A stretch of 64,000 nt of DNA from the NCBI RefSeq assembly GCF_036321535.1, contig NC_087436.1:93746001-93810000 (forward strand), given 5' to 3'. Positions 39,253 to 52,222 of the stretch are shown here, piece after piece. Made by a program: the position numbers and the translations under genes. The first letter of the stretch is position 1, and each line of letters begins with the position of its first letter. The DNA comes from Camelus dromedarius. Taxonomy: Eukaryota. Under the pieces are notes generated by a model. It was given only the letters and a program-made list of their open reading frames with translations. It did not search any database and was not told the origin of the DNA.

Positions 39253-39472
39253 CTAGAGTGGGGTTCCACACTTTTTCTGTAAAAGGCCAGATGTTCAGTA
39301 TTTGGGGCTCTGTGGTCTCTGTTGCGGCTCTCAGCGCTGTCGTGGTAGCACAGAAGCAGCCGCAGGCACCAGCACGTGAAGGGGTGCGGCCGTGTTCCTG
39401 AGACGCTCTATTTGTTAAAACAGGCAGCGGGCGGATGGACTGCGATCCTGGGGCCATCATTTGCCACCCCTG
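39253..39472. mobile_element. MER58A-like element (GC-shifted copy)
   Basis: actttttctgtaaaaggccagat...aaaacaggcagcggg...tttgccacccctg. Confidence 0.75.
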
Positions 39473-40519
39473 AGTTACAGGACTTGAGTGGAAACCACAG
39501 TGACCAGTAAAACAGAGACCTTGTCCTTTGGAAGGAAGAAGGCTCAGACACCTTTGGGCAGCTTTATGGTTTCCCGAAAACTGGTCTCCAGAGAGTGTTC
39601 CTGACGAAAGTCAGGCTGTTAGGGGTACTTCGGTGGCAGGCCATTATTCGAACATCCCCAAGCCCACGCTTGAGCTTCTTCAAGATGGCATGTTAATTCT
39701 GTTTGTCGAATATGAAGACATATAGACAATAAAAGATAAACTCAGACAGGAAAAACATGCTACTACCATGATAGAATTGCGGTTTTGTTTTGTACAGATT
39801 TATCATATTTGATGGAAAAGAAAAAAAGATGCTGGAATAAGAAGGCTAGCTGTGTGTAAAGAGTAGCCTTACTGAATGGGAAAGATGTGTCTTTCAAACT
39901 GAATCAAGAAGTTAACCCCTGCGGAGGTAGCGTAGCCCCTCTGGGGGTGCAGGGGTGCTCTGTGCTGCCTTATATTTAGCCCAGCTCTCCATACTTCCTC
40001 TGCCTCTGTATGCATGGAAATGTGTTGTCTGGGGTCTTTTCTCTAAATGATAAAAGTTTATTTCTCTTAGAGTACAAATATAAAGAAAATTATCTGGGGA
40101 GTCGGTATATCTTGATAGAAATCAATATACAAGGGAAATTTATATATTGATTTCTTCAGGAGCAGAGGAGCCGTTTTTCATTTAGACAGATCCTATGAAG
40201 AAGGAATCTAGTTAGGGGTTCTGGAAACGTTGTTTCTGCTAGAGATGATCAGAGTATAGATTTGCTTTGCTTTCAAATCAAGTCACAAGAGATTAATAAT
40301 CTTCTCAGAACTCGCCTCCTGTCCATTCAGATAAAATATGTTTTATTAACGTTGTTTCAGATGACATGAAAACAAAATGTGAACTAAAGTCATTTTTAAA
40401 GTGCCGACTGTGATAAACAATAACAAGAGAAAAAGAAACCCAGCTACCTGCCTGTTACTAACAGTGCTGTTCCCTTACCAAGATGATCAGTCAGGAGGAG
40501 CGGGGAGTCCTTTTTTACA

Positions 40520-40990
40520 TCACATAGTTTTTATTCAGAAATATTTATTGATTACCTACTATGTGCCAGACAGTGCTGGGTGAACACTTACCCACAGTGG
40601 GGAGTGAACAAGGCAGAAATGTTCCTGATCACATGGATTTTCCTTTTTTGTTGGGGAGAAGGAAGGACAGACAGCAAACAAATAAGCAGGCTGGTTTTAG
40701 ATGCCTTGAGTGTTGGCAGTGACTGGGTGGTCCGGAAGGGTCTTTTGGAGGTGATGATGGCAAGGAGGAGTCCTTCATGGGCGATCTGGGGGACTAAGCA
40801 TCCAGACAGCAGAAACAGTGAGCACAGAGGCTCCAAGGCAGAAACAGGTGTGCGTGTTTGTGAACAGAGTGGAGCCTAGCAGGTGTGGGTGAGGCAGGAA
40901 GTGAGGTCAGAGAGAGAGATGGACGGCGGGGCAGGTCATAAGCAGGAGAGCAACAGCATAAGCAGCTGCTGTGTGAAGGATGAACTCCTC
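40520..40990 (-). mobile_element. L2 LINE fragment
   Basis: attcagaaatatttattgattacctactatgtgccagacagtgctggg is an antisense L2 3' end. Confidence 0.7.
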
Positions 40991-43900
40991 GGCCTTTGCC
41001 CTGGAAAGTTATCTAGATCAAGCACAGCACTTCGTTTTTGGCACTTCATCCCATCTTGCTGTGGTGGAACCAAAGACCCGACACAGACAGAGACAGGAGC
41101 TGAGAAGGGAGGAGAGCCTGTCCGCTGGGAGGGAGGCAGTGCCAGGTGCCCCCAGAACACAGCAAAGACAAGTCCGGCCAGGCCAGCCTGTCTTCCTTTT
41201 GTGGATCCACCACTTTCTGGCGGTGGAGATTTTGAGCAAGTTCAATGCCCTGAACTTTAGATTCACATTTATAAAGTGAGAGTCATGAGGCTCCCCTGCA
41301 GGGTTACTGTGTGGCTTGGCATTAATGTGCACCAAGAACAGAGCCTGGCTGGGTGGCAGATTGAATAAAATAGGAACCGCTACTGTTGTTTTGTTATTAG
41401 CGCTCAGTCATCCTCGTGTTGACGTCTATGGTTGTGTGGCCATTATTGAGTTTACAGAGTATCAGAAATACTTGTGTCTACATATAAGTTCCCAAAATTC
41501 AAATGAAGGCCAAATGTCTTGGCTTTTTGTGCTAATCTACACTAGTATTCCTTCTGTCTGCACAACGGAATGGGGATTGGCTATATAGGGAGAGCCCTAA
41601 AGCCTCTTGAAAATTTAGAAACGGATTTAAGAATGTGCCTTGCCCACATGAGGCCTCCGTGAGGCTGGGTGCATGGAGCTGAAGGGACTTCACCCACAGG
41701 CTTGCTGTGGTTTTCCCTCGGACCTGCCAGTGGCTGGTGAGCTCACGGCCCTTCTTCGCATGGAAACCACTTTCCCAGCGTGCGGAGCTGTCATCTTCCC
41801 TCCTCTGTCTTTGAACGTTCACTTGTTCGTATACCTTGTCAGATGGGGCCTTCTGAGTATCAAGTGTTTTGTTTCGGTTTTACCATCTCTGCTTTCAGGA
41901 AGGAAGCCAGCCCATGGTTTCACAATTCAGGAATATTTTACATAATTTATCCTTTGATTGTACCCTGAACTTTATACCCTGAAACCGTAACAAGGCATAA
42001 GTTAACTCTCACTTGAAAACTAAATGTAAATTGTGTGTGCATATTCTCTTTCTGCTCAGCTATTCAGAGAAGCAAGGTTTTTTTTTCTTTTTCTTTTTTT
42101 TAAACTGTAATACAGCGCAGATGAAAGCAGACTCTCGTTAATTCTTGCTATCTTCAAAGATGGACTTTCAAAAAATCCTCATTTCCTGTTGCTCTCAAAT
42201 ATCCTTTTTCCCTCATTAGTAAGCTGGCTGGTAACTCTTGTGTCTTCTCTCCCAGTGGCATGAGAAAGTCCTTTGTTTAGAAAAATGTGCCTTGAATTTC
42301 AATAACCTTAAACCACTTTAGGTCCTCAGTTTCACACTTACTCCATTTGGAACTCCAGCTCCTATGTCTAACAGTTAATAGGTTTCGTCGTGCCAGCGGG
42401 GGGCTGTGGGAAGAGGCTGCAGGAGCAATGAGGTGGGAAGGGAACTCACTTTGCAAAGTCAGGTGCACTTGTCAGAGTAGGGGTTTTCTGTCTCCGTTTG
42501 GTCCTGGGAAGGACAGGCCCTTCCCCTAAGCTGAATTTTCTGAAATTCACTGGACACCAGACGGTAATTGGCATAAACTCAGAATTCAGTTCAGAAGTTT
42601 TTCACCTACAGGGTGTCTGTGAATGAGTTTCAGGGATTATTGGACTTTCTCCTCCACCCCTTGAGATGGTGTATAAAGTTGGGTGTCTGTGCACATCTCT
42701 TCCTGGAGTGTTTTCATCAGAGTCCAAAAGGCTCCCTGACCCTGAACAGGTTAGAAACATCTTCTCGGCAGACCTCCCTTTTCGCACCCTCAGATGGTTA
42801 CCACACTGCTGATCGTACACATCAGGTCCACACTGAATACACCTCTGCTGTGAGTCTCACAGAGATTCATGGACGTGATCCTCACAGCACCCTTAGGAGG
42901 TGAGTACCAGTGTCGCTCCCATTTCACAGTTGAGGAAGCTGGAGAACAGAGGGCCTAAGGGCCTTGAGACAGGGCAAACAGTGAAGAAATGTCACAGACC
43001 AAAGAACTTGAAGCTGCGGAAAAAGATGAACCGTAAGGTTCAGGAGTTGGTGTGAGAGTTTTCATGATGTGAAGTTTTATGTTTTTACTTCATTGCCATG
43101 TGGATAATGCCGGTCTGTGTTGGTGCTCGGAAGGGTTAAAAGACTCTCAGTGACGAAAGACAAGCATCGAAAAGTAGCACAAAGCAGAGAGTTCTGCAAA
43201 AATGGAGTGAGAAGTACCCTGGCAAGTCTTTGCTTTATGTGCTCAGTTTGTGAAAAGTAGATGGTGTGCATTGCATAAGAAGTAGGTGGCTGTGCTGGGG
43301 AATTGGACATGCGTCCTCTTCCAAAAAGCTGGACTAGACATTGTCATTCTAGTATGCTTTTTTTTTTTTTTTTGAGGAATTTCCTATTCATTTGGATGCA
43401 GTTACGTACGCCAAGTAGTTGTTATTTCAGGCTTATCTTAATGAAAACATTGCCAATTACCCCTCCATTCATTTTCCCAATTAACAGCTTCCAAGAGCAT
43501 GCTGACCAGGCAGCCTTGGGGCCTGCAGCTGGTATGGAATTAATCGAGGGGTTGGAGTCTTCCGACTGGCATCGTGAACAGTGAGAAGGGAGTAAGCTTG
43601 TGCCTGACTCTAAATTTAGCTCTCCCCACCCTCAGAATGGCGTGGCCTTTGCCGAAGCCCAGCTTCGGGCTGCTGTTTTTTCCCCCTGCACATTACAAGG
43701 TGTTGGATTGGTTGAACAGCTGTCACTGTGACTCTTCTGCATTTTTTGAATGACATTTCAAAAATCACTCTGAAGTCCCTACTCATGGCTGGTTTTTACT
43801 TCAACACTTAAATCAAGCAGTGTCTATTAACTCCAAAGAATTAACCTTGTTAAAAGTTCACAGTGTTATTTTCTGAGTACTGCCTTCAGGAAAAAAACAT

Positions 43901-46536
43901 AGTAGTATTGCACTGTATTGTATTCTATGTATTGATGTTATTTTCTTAAGTGAATCACTAGTAATAGGTCTGATTTAAAATATCCAAGGCTCCAATAATA
44001 AACACAAAAGAAACAAATGGTATCCTCCAATGTCTAGGTTTAAGTTTACTTAAATATACTACGTGTGCTAGGTATGGCCTTTTTAGTAAGAATTAAAAAT
44101 TAAAATCATCTGGCATAAATCAAAAACTAATCAAAGAAATGCTGCCCGTTCGTCTTTGTAGTAAGAGTCAAAGCACTTGAATCCTTTTCTGATAAAAATC
44201 TGAGCATTGGGAGATTCCTAGAGCAAATGATCTGAGATGAAAAACCCAGGACTCAGGTGAAGTGATTTGCAGAGTGTTTGCTCAAACTGAGACTAGAATC
44301 CAGGACTTTGGATCCTTTACTGATAATCTAAATTGCCTCCAAAGACTGGCTTTTTACTAGTGGGGCACTGCAGAGGGACAGGTGCCAGAGGTGACCTCAT
44401 GCTATGAAAAGTGGTACCCAGCAAATCTGAGGGGAGGGCCACAGACACTCCCCCAAGTGCCCTCCCTTCCATGGGAGACATTTCATCTCACGCTCTGCCC
44501 AGCATGACCCAGCTGACATGACACCATCAAGTGACCTGGTGATGATCGCTACAGTGATGCAGTCTGTTGCACTTTGTGACACACCAGACGTTCTCTGCAC
44601 ACACCGTCTCACTTAATTTAGTTCCTATAATTACCCTGAGCTGGAGTCCTTGTCCCTTTTTTCCTGACAAGGAAGCAGGTTCTGAGGGGCACACCATCCC
44701 ACACGGTGTGCCTGGCACAGAGAGGGAGCCCAGGGGAAAGAGAGAGTCAGTAGTAGACCCAAAAGGGCACGGCCACCAACAGGATTTGAACACAGCTCTG
44801 CCTGCTCAACCAAAGGGCCTTGCTTGGGAACTTTCAGCCACCTTCTCCCCCTAAAAAAGTTCACAGGCCACAGAGAGGGAGGGGGGTTCCCCTGTTCATC
44901 TGAAACCCCAGTTGCAAACCCTTTGCCCCATCTTGAACACCAGTGCATAGCAACCTGCTGGCTCATTTGGGAGATAAGCATGAGGTGGTTCTGCAGGGCT
45001 GTGAGGAAGCATGAGGTCCCCATTCTCAGAAGACCAGAACTAGAGTCCCGCAGGCCTACAGTGAAATGCTGGCTTCACCGGGTACCGCTGTGTGACCTTG
45101 GTTAAATCCCTCAGTCTCTCTGAGCTTGTTTCCGTTTCTATCAGTGAGAACAGTAGTATTTACCTTATCAGGTTGCTGTTTTGGCGACACAGAACCAGAA
45201 TTCAGGAAACAGTAGTTAGTAGTCGCTGGGAGTGACTGTGGTGGTCACATACACTGCCGCGTGGTCACCTCTGCCTTGGGGCATGCGTATCACAGTGGTT
45301 TCCCTCAAGTATTGAGGTAGATACTGACATATTTGTATTACAGAAGTCATGTGTGCTTATTGTTTAATATTCAAATAAACATATTAAATACAATCTTCTG
45401 TAATCCCCCCTCCAGATAAGAGGTGACGCTTTGGATGTTAAATTGTTCCAGATTTTTTACCATGCATTTATTAAAATACACACTTAAACTTTTATGTTGG
45501 TTTTCCTCTAAGACCATACATCTTCAGCTTAGGTCGTTTGCTTCCCCCCATTTAATAATCTGTCACGGCCGCTGTTCTGTATGAGGAGGGACAGCTCCGC
45601 CTTTCTGCCCAGTGACTGCAGATCGCTGGGGCTGCTGGCTCTTCACTCTGATTTCAGCTCTCATCTCCGCGGGGCTCTGCTGGCCGCTCTGTGACCCAGG
45701 CCACAGGGCGCCTAACAGAGCGGGCTTCTGCCTTTCCTCCTTGTGTTGGTGCTCCCACCTCCTCAGCCTGGCACAAGTAATGCATGCCTGAGGCTTTGTC
45801 CTTGGGCCCCTTCACATGGGCTGTGCTGAGACCAGAAGCCGGTGGGGAGCACCTTGGCTCGGGAGGTTTGGTGACTTCATTAGCAGAGCAGCTCTGGGGA
45901 TGGACTCAAAGCCTTTGGCCCCAAATCCCAGACTGCTTTCAGCTCCTCTCCAAGGAGGGCAAAGTCTGTGTCCTCCTCACCTTAATGCTCCCATTTACTG
46001 GCCCTGCCTCGTCCCACCTCTGCCTCTCTGTCTCTGCTCCCTCCTGCTCTGTTGCTCTCTCTCGATGCACTTCCATGAAAGTACCTGGATTATAAAGTTG
46101 TAGCTCTATGAATAGGATGTCAGAAGTGTTATAAAGCAGGTAAGGCTGTTTCCATATCATTGTTTCCAAATGTTTTTTTACTGGGAACAGGAGGAGTGGA
46201 AGACGAGGATAAGTACTCCGCCGGTGTTCACCGCAGTTTCCTGTATTTCACTGTGATATTTTAGGCTTGATTACCTCCCCCGGTTGATATGTTGCCTCTC
46301 TAAACTCAGCTGGCGTCTCTTGGCTTCATCGTAATGTGGCTCAAAATACACACTTCTGTGTGAGGGAGTTCAGCTAAAATAAGCACCGAAAGGCTATTAA
46401 TTGCAGCAAAGTTGGGAAATAAGATGGGACGTCCGTGCTCAGAGTTGCTGTTATCGGGATGGTGTTATTTCCCAGATGCCGGCTGAATGCTAACGTGTTG
46501 TTTCTGCTCTGTTCCCTCATGCCTTCCCGGATTCAG

Positions 46537-46542
46537 AGAGAG
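46537..46542 (+). CDS. APBB2: 6-nt alternative (neural-type) microexon AGAGAG adding Glu-Arg to PTB1 (GRDNG-RER-DFAY)
   Basis: tgctaac branch 46488-46494, pyrimidine tract with TGC, ttcag|AGAGAG|gtaacc; CG|A GAG AG|A GAT keeps frame; matches the known ER microexon position of APBB1/FE65. Confidence 0.88.
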
Positions 46543-49500
46543 GTAACCAACCGATGTTCACTTCTCCCCCTTCGTGCTGTCTTAAGTGTCTGGCAAAGCT
46601 CATGTGCTTTCTTCATGCCCTCTCTTCATGCCCTGTTGCCATCCTCAGAGCCATCGCTGTCTTTGTTGTGTTTAACATTTTCTCATCCTCATTGTTGTGT
46701 GTCTTGCACTTAAAACAGTGTGAAATTGCCTCTGGGTCCCCGATCCTCTGCTGCTTGACCCTGTCTGGGGCAGGTGATGGGCAGGGTGGTTAAGAGGAAC
46801 AGGAACTTGGTCACTCGTGCTCACGGCTGGGCAGAGTCCAATCAGTGTGTTAGGTACTAGGCGTGATAGGAATAGGGTTCAAGTGTGAGGAGACCTTTCG
46901 TGCTTCTAGAAGAACTCATATTAGGACTTGCTTGTTATGACTTCTCTATAGTTTCCCAGGTAAGGTTGGCTCTAGGCCAGTAGCCAGAAGGACCAACTCA
47001 CTTTCAATCTTGATTATTAGCCAAACTGTATGGAATTCCCCTCCCTTCCCACATCCAGAAGAACGTAACCACAGAAAGGCCATGACTCTGAAATGGAAGA
47101 CGTTTATTCCTCAGGTGTGTGTGTTTCCTGTGCTCAGAACCTCAGCCTGACCATTTGGTTGATTGGGGGCTTTTAAGTTCCGTGATTCCACAGCTCTGTC
47201 ACTTAATAAAAAGCTCCATTTCTGATGGAAGGAGACAGTTTTGGAATTTTTCTCCTTGGGAGAATGACTGTGATTACTGCTCTTTGTGCCAGAGTCCGTC
47301 TCAGGTGACCCTCCGGCTGGGGCTGAGCTCCGACTGGTGGCCGCCTTTCTCCCGAGGATGAGCTGCCGTCACGACTTGGTGGCCGGAGGGGACGGAGACC
47401 GTAGGCTGGATGGGCAACAGTACTGAGGTCGGCCTTCCACAGGGTGTGATTAGGAGAATTTGGGAGCATGACTGACTTTTTAATTGCTTTTGAGGAGGCT
47501 CTGGCCCCAGAGGTAGGGGAAGGTTCTGGAGGATGAAGACTGTGGGTTTGAACGTGAGCTTCTTCATGTAAAGTAACCACAAGGCTTGTCGGAGCCAGTG
47601 GTGAGGGTGTTTTCAGATATTTGCTGGTTCCACCCTCTGTGTTTATTCAGGTCTCACAGGGAGCCAGCTGCTCTGAATATTAACAGCAAGACTGTTCTAG
47701 AGAGGACTACAAATTCTGGTTCGCCCAAGCCACCTGGATTATTTGCAGGTGGTAGAATTGGAAATCTGCCGTGTACACAGTCTGTACCTCTCATGAACGT
47801 GCCTGGTGAAGGATTCCCTGCGGAGAATGTGTGTTTACCCAGGTGATGAGTTGCTCAAATGCCCCTATCAGAGTTTACAAACTTAGCCTCTTTTAAGCTT
47901 GCAAAGAAGGGAAAAGAAAGATGAGTTTACCAAACTAGAGCCTGAGCTTTGGGAAATTAGTGATGCCTGTGTGTGGTGCATGTGCCACTGGGTAAGATTA
48001 AAAAAACTAAAGTCATGTGCGTGCCCATGTGTGTGTGCATAGCCTTCTGGATAAGCCATTTAGGAAGAGGACATTTCTCAACTCCCTCCCCCCACTTTCT
48101 TCCTACCCCTCCTCCCCAACAGGATTTTTCCAAGTGCAATTAGAAGATAAGGGCAGTCAGGCAAAGACGAGCAGGCAGTCTTGAAAATAGGACCCTTCCA
48201 TGTAGGCCCTGTGCAGGCAAGACAAAGAAGAGAGATGGCCCTTTATCGAGAAGGGGCTAGAAATGGAATGTTTGGATCAAATCTCTTTGATGCTCTTTTG
48301 TCCGTCCTTGCAGGTGGGACCTGTCCTCTGAGGTGGTAATGACTCTGTTCGCTTATCGCTTCTACAGAAGGATAAGCTGGGAGGAAAGGGTCTTCAGGTA
48401 CATTTCAGCAAGTCTTCTTATATTCATATCAGTGCAAAGATTTATGAAAACATCCCTTGTGGTTGAGGAGACCGTATTTCAAAGTGGGCTTTTTCTTTGA
48501 CTTCTTTTCCCTGGTTTATAATAACAGCTAACATTAATCAATGGCCTATCATGTGCCAGCCTTCAAATATTCCCCGCATCAAACATGTATTTGCTCAGAG
48601 CAAATGCAGGTTATGTAAAAGATGTTACCAAATTGTGGAGAGACTGAATGGAGGGACTCTAGCAGAAGAGGGGAGAGAGCCACTGCCAGACACATCCGGG
48701 TTGTCACGTGGCTGACAAGGGTGGCTCGTTCTGGGCTGCTCCGGAAAGTGGAGCCTGATCCCATAGGCAAAAGTTGCAGGGAGGCAAGTTTCCATTCATC
48801 ATTAAGAAAAGATATATTTTGATTCACAGGGAGCGTTCCAGCAAGGGAGGAGGCTGCTCCATTAAGTAAATGAGAGTTTGTACGACTGAGAGAGTCTGGG
48901 CACCCCTGTCTGGGTTGCTGTGGAAGGAGGGACTTTGAAATGTTAGCCTGCGTGACTGCTAAGAGGCCTGTAGATGCCTCTTAAATTCCTTTTGAGGAGG
49001 GATATACACATAAATTTCATTTATCTGAGAGTTGCTGCAGGGGAGGCAGGGGGAGATTTAGGGAAAGGGTGAGCCGTTCTGTCTTGGCCACTTGTTAATA
49101 GAACATGTTTGAATAAAGACTCGTTTATTCATTCATTCCAGCAAGATGGATTAACCCCCTGCAGGGCAATTAAAATGCTGTTCAGCTGAGAACAATAACA
49201 GCAAATCTTTTGTTCTTTTTCTTTGCCATTAAGAAATTTGAGGCTGTCATGTAAGATGTCTTAGCACTGACATTTTTCCCTGGCAGAACTTGAGGCCTGT
49301 CCTCTGGGGGAATAATTACTGGGGAGAACAGCAAAAGGAGAGGAACAAAAAGAGTTAGAAATGCAAAGGCTCAGCCAGCAAATGGTGAAAGGTAGTTGAT
49401 CCCTGGTCCTCACTTCTGTTACAGTTTAAGGAAGAGACACAGCTATAAATGTTGCACGTACTGGTTTATAAAGGGAGTACAGGGATCCCCCAACTGCACA

Positions 49501-49729
49501 AAATAAATGGGGTGGCACCTCTTTTAGCAAATGGCTTCTCACTCGGGGAGTAAGCAGAGGACAAAAATGGTCCTTGCTGCTCAGTGTCAGACAGAATGTC
49601 TCCAACTGATGGGCATCTAGAATAATCTGTTGGAAAAGACAGTGCCTGTTCTGACTGGACCTTGTGGGACATCTGGGCCAGCTCTGTGGTCTTATAGATG
49701 CCCACGCCAAGGTGCTGTAGGAGGCATGA

Positions 49730-49771
49730 CCATGGGGTGCCTGGTCCATGGCGTGCCTGATCCATGGCGTG
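49730..49771 (+). repeat. 16-bp tandem repeat x2.6 (ccatggcgtgcctgat)
   Basis: ccatggggtgcctggt / ccatggcgtgcctgat / ccatggcgtg. Confidence 0.85.
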
Positions 49772-50269
49772 GGGTGGCGTGGAAGCCCATCCCAACCTGG
49801 CTCAGCTCTGAGATCCAACACTTGCCAGGGAGCTGCAGCCCAAGTACCACTGGCAGCTCTGAGGAGAGAAGTGGGGGCAGAGAGCCACTGAGGCTCCCCA
49901 AGGAAGGCTCCTGAAATGCCCTCATCATGATGTCAGAGACCCTGCGGGCCCTGCCTGGCTGGGTGACCCCCCTAACCCCGCGCCCAGATCCCCACACGGG
50001 GCACTGGGCTGGTCTGACAGCTTTGGTTTGTACTTTCTGTCAGGAATACTGTCGCTGTGGAGGATGGTTATTAAGGCAATTTCTTGTCCCTCTCAGTATA
50101 CAGGAAAAGCTCTAGAAAGCATTAAATTACTCTTACAAATGGGCATAAGATCTTTCAGGATGATTGGAAAAAAGTCTGAAAGGCTGAGTTGGGCCACGTC
50201 TGGGTTACCGTGAAGCTAGATGATGGGACACTGTTGTTCACTGGAGGTCCTCTCTCTCCTCTCATGGAT

Positions 50270-51405
50270 GTTTGAGAAGTTCTGGAATGAGAGGTATAAG
50301 AAGGGGGAGCAGGGAGGCAGGTGCACTGTGCTCCTGTAACTCCTGCACCCCGCAGTCTCCTGAAACTGAGACCCAAACTCCATTCTCCAGTGAGGCCCAG
50401 GTCCCTGCACACCTCCATGTCACTGAGACCCAGTGACCTGTCTCCCGCCACCCAGCCCCTGCAGCCATGGGGACCTCTCCTGAAATCCCTTCATTTGATG
50501 TTTTGGAACCAGCCTCTCCTGGGCTTTCTTTCTCAGGGTCCAGGCCTTGTTTTGTCTCTTCTCATTCTCCACACTCTCATCTGCTCCCCTGACTGCAGCT
50601 GCCCCCTCAAGCCGGGGTCTCCAGCCCAGACCATAGGACTGGGCTCAGGGACTGAGTGTCTACCTGCTTGGTGGGCGTGGCCACCAGGTGCCCCCCAAGC
50701 ACCTCACACCCATCATCCAGCCTGGAGCTAATCCGCTTCCTCCACCAAATCACTCCCCCACCTTCCCCCAGTGTGAGAGCGCTTAGTTGTCCAAGCGGGG
50801 ACCCCACAGCTACTCTGGATTCTCCCTCTCATCTCCCACACCCCCCTCAACCCTGCCAGTCTGCCTCCACCCCCCCGACTCCCCCCCCCCCCCCGTCTTC
50901 ATGGATGCTCATGGAGCCTTCCCTGTTCCTCTTCTCTCACCCCAACCATAGCAGCAGCCCCGGGGCCTCCTTCCTTTGTCCCACTTTGTTCTACCAGAAG
51001 GAACTTTTCAAAACACTTGTCAGATAGGGTTACGTGTCACATTACAGACTCGATGATTCAGAGTAAGGCCCAGGCTCTTGGCAGGACAGGAGTACAACCT
51101 CCCTGCAGCCATGGCCCCTCACCCTAGTGCCGGAAGTCATGCACAGGACTGGAGTTCTTCCGAATCCTCTGTGGGCTTGCTTACCTCCGTGCCTTTGCTC
51201 ATGCGCATGTGAGCGTGCTTTGAGCCATCGCTGCCCTCTCACCCTGCTGAGGTCCTTATCCTTACTGACGCAGCTCAGACCTCACTGAGCAGCTCTGTCA
51301 TTGGACAGCGGGCTTCCTAGGCTGGAGCCTCGTCTGTTTGTGTTTGCTTCCCTGTTGCCTGGGGCATAATAGTGGCTCAGAAGGTATTTGTGGAAGTGAA
51401 TTGAA
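50270..51405 (+). mobile_element. Degenerate L2 LINE 3' region
   Basis: Pyrimidine-rich L2-like tracts ending gcctggggcataatagtggctcagaaggtatttgtggaagtgaattgaat. Confidence 0.55.
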
Positions 51406-51470
51406 TATTTTTTTAAAGTATAAGTCTTTATACCGAATCATAATTTGACTAGTATCGTAATACTGGCAGC

Positions 51471-51889
51471 GGTGTTACTTTCATATTGCTTCTGTAACAA
51501 ATTAACCACAAACTTAGTGGCTTAAAGCCACGCAAATTTATTCTCTTACAGTTCTGGAGGTCAGAAATCTAAAATGGGTCTTTCAGGCTAAGACCATTGT
51601 GTCAGCAGGGCTGTGTTCCTCCTAGAGACACCAACAGAAAACCCCTTTCCTTGCCTTTTCCAGCCTTTAGGTGCTGCCTGCCTTCCTTTCACCTCTAGGG
51701 AAAGTGCCTCCTCCCTTCCCTTGTAGTTGTGTTGGGCCTTCCCAGATAATCCAGGACAATAGCCCCACCTCGAGATCCTTCACTTCATCCCATCCGCAAA
51801 GCCCCTTTTGCCCTTTAAGGTAACCTATTAACAGCTTCTGGGAATTAAGACAGGGACGTCTTGGGAGGGTCATCATTCTGTCTACCAAA
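51471..51889 (-). mobile_element. MaLR solo LTR (MLT1C/D-like)
   Basis: tgtaacaaatta-ccacaaacttagtggcttaaa...cagttctggaggtcagaa; perfect 5-bp TSD gcagc (51466-51470, 51890-51894). Confidence 0.88.
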
Positions 51890-52180
51890 GCAGCCTTATT
51901 CAGAAACCAGGTGCTGAGAAGCCAGGCTTTTAAAATAACCGGTTTGGACTCCATTCTGAGTAATAATGAGAGTAGCTAAGCCACATATTTCACTGCACAC
52001 AAAGGAAGTTGTCTGGCTTGTCTGTGCTCCAGATCGGAAAGAGAGGTCTGAAAAATCCCCATGTTCGGGACTTCCCGCTGTTTTAGGGTGACTTGGGGTC
52101 TGTTTCATGGGAATAAACGTGCACATCTCCTGACCCCCACAGTGAGGAGGAGGAACTTGTGTTCTCCTGGGAGGTTAGTT

Positions 52181-52222
52181 ACCAGACTCTCAGCTATTAG
52201 GGACCAGACTCTCAGCTATTAG
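52181..52222 (+). repeat. Perfect 20-bp direct duplication separated by GG
   Basis: accagactctcagctattag at 52181-52200 and 52203-52222. Confidence 0.95.
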
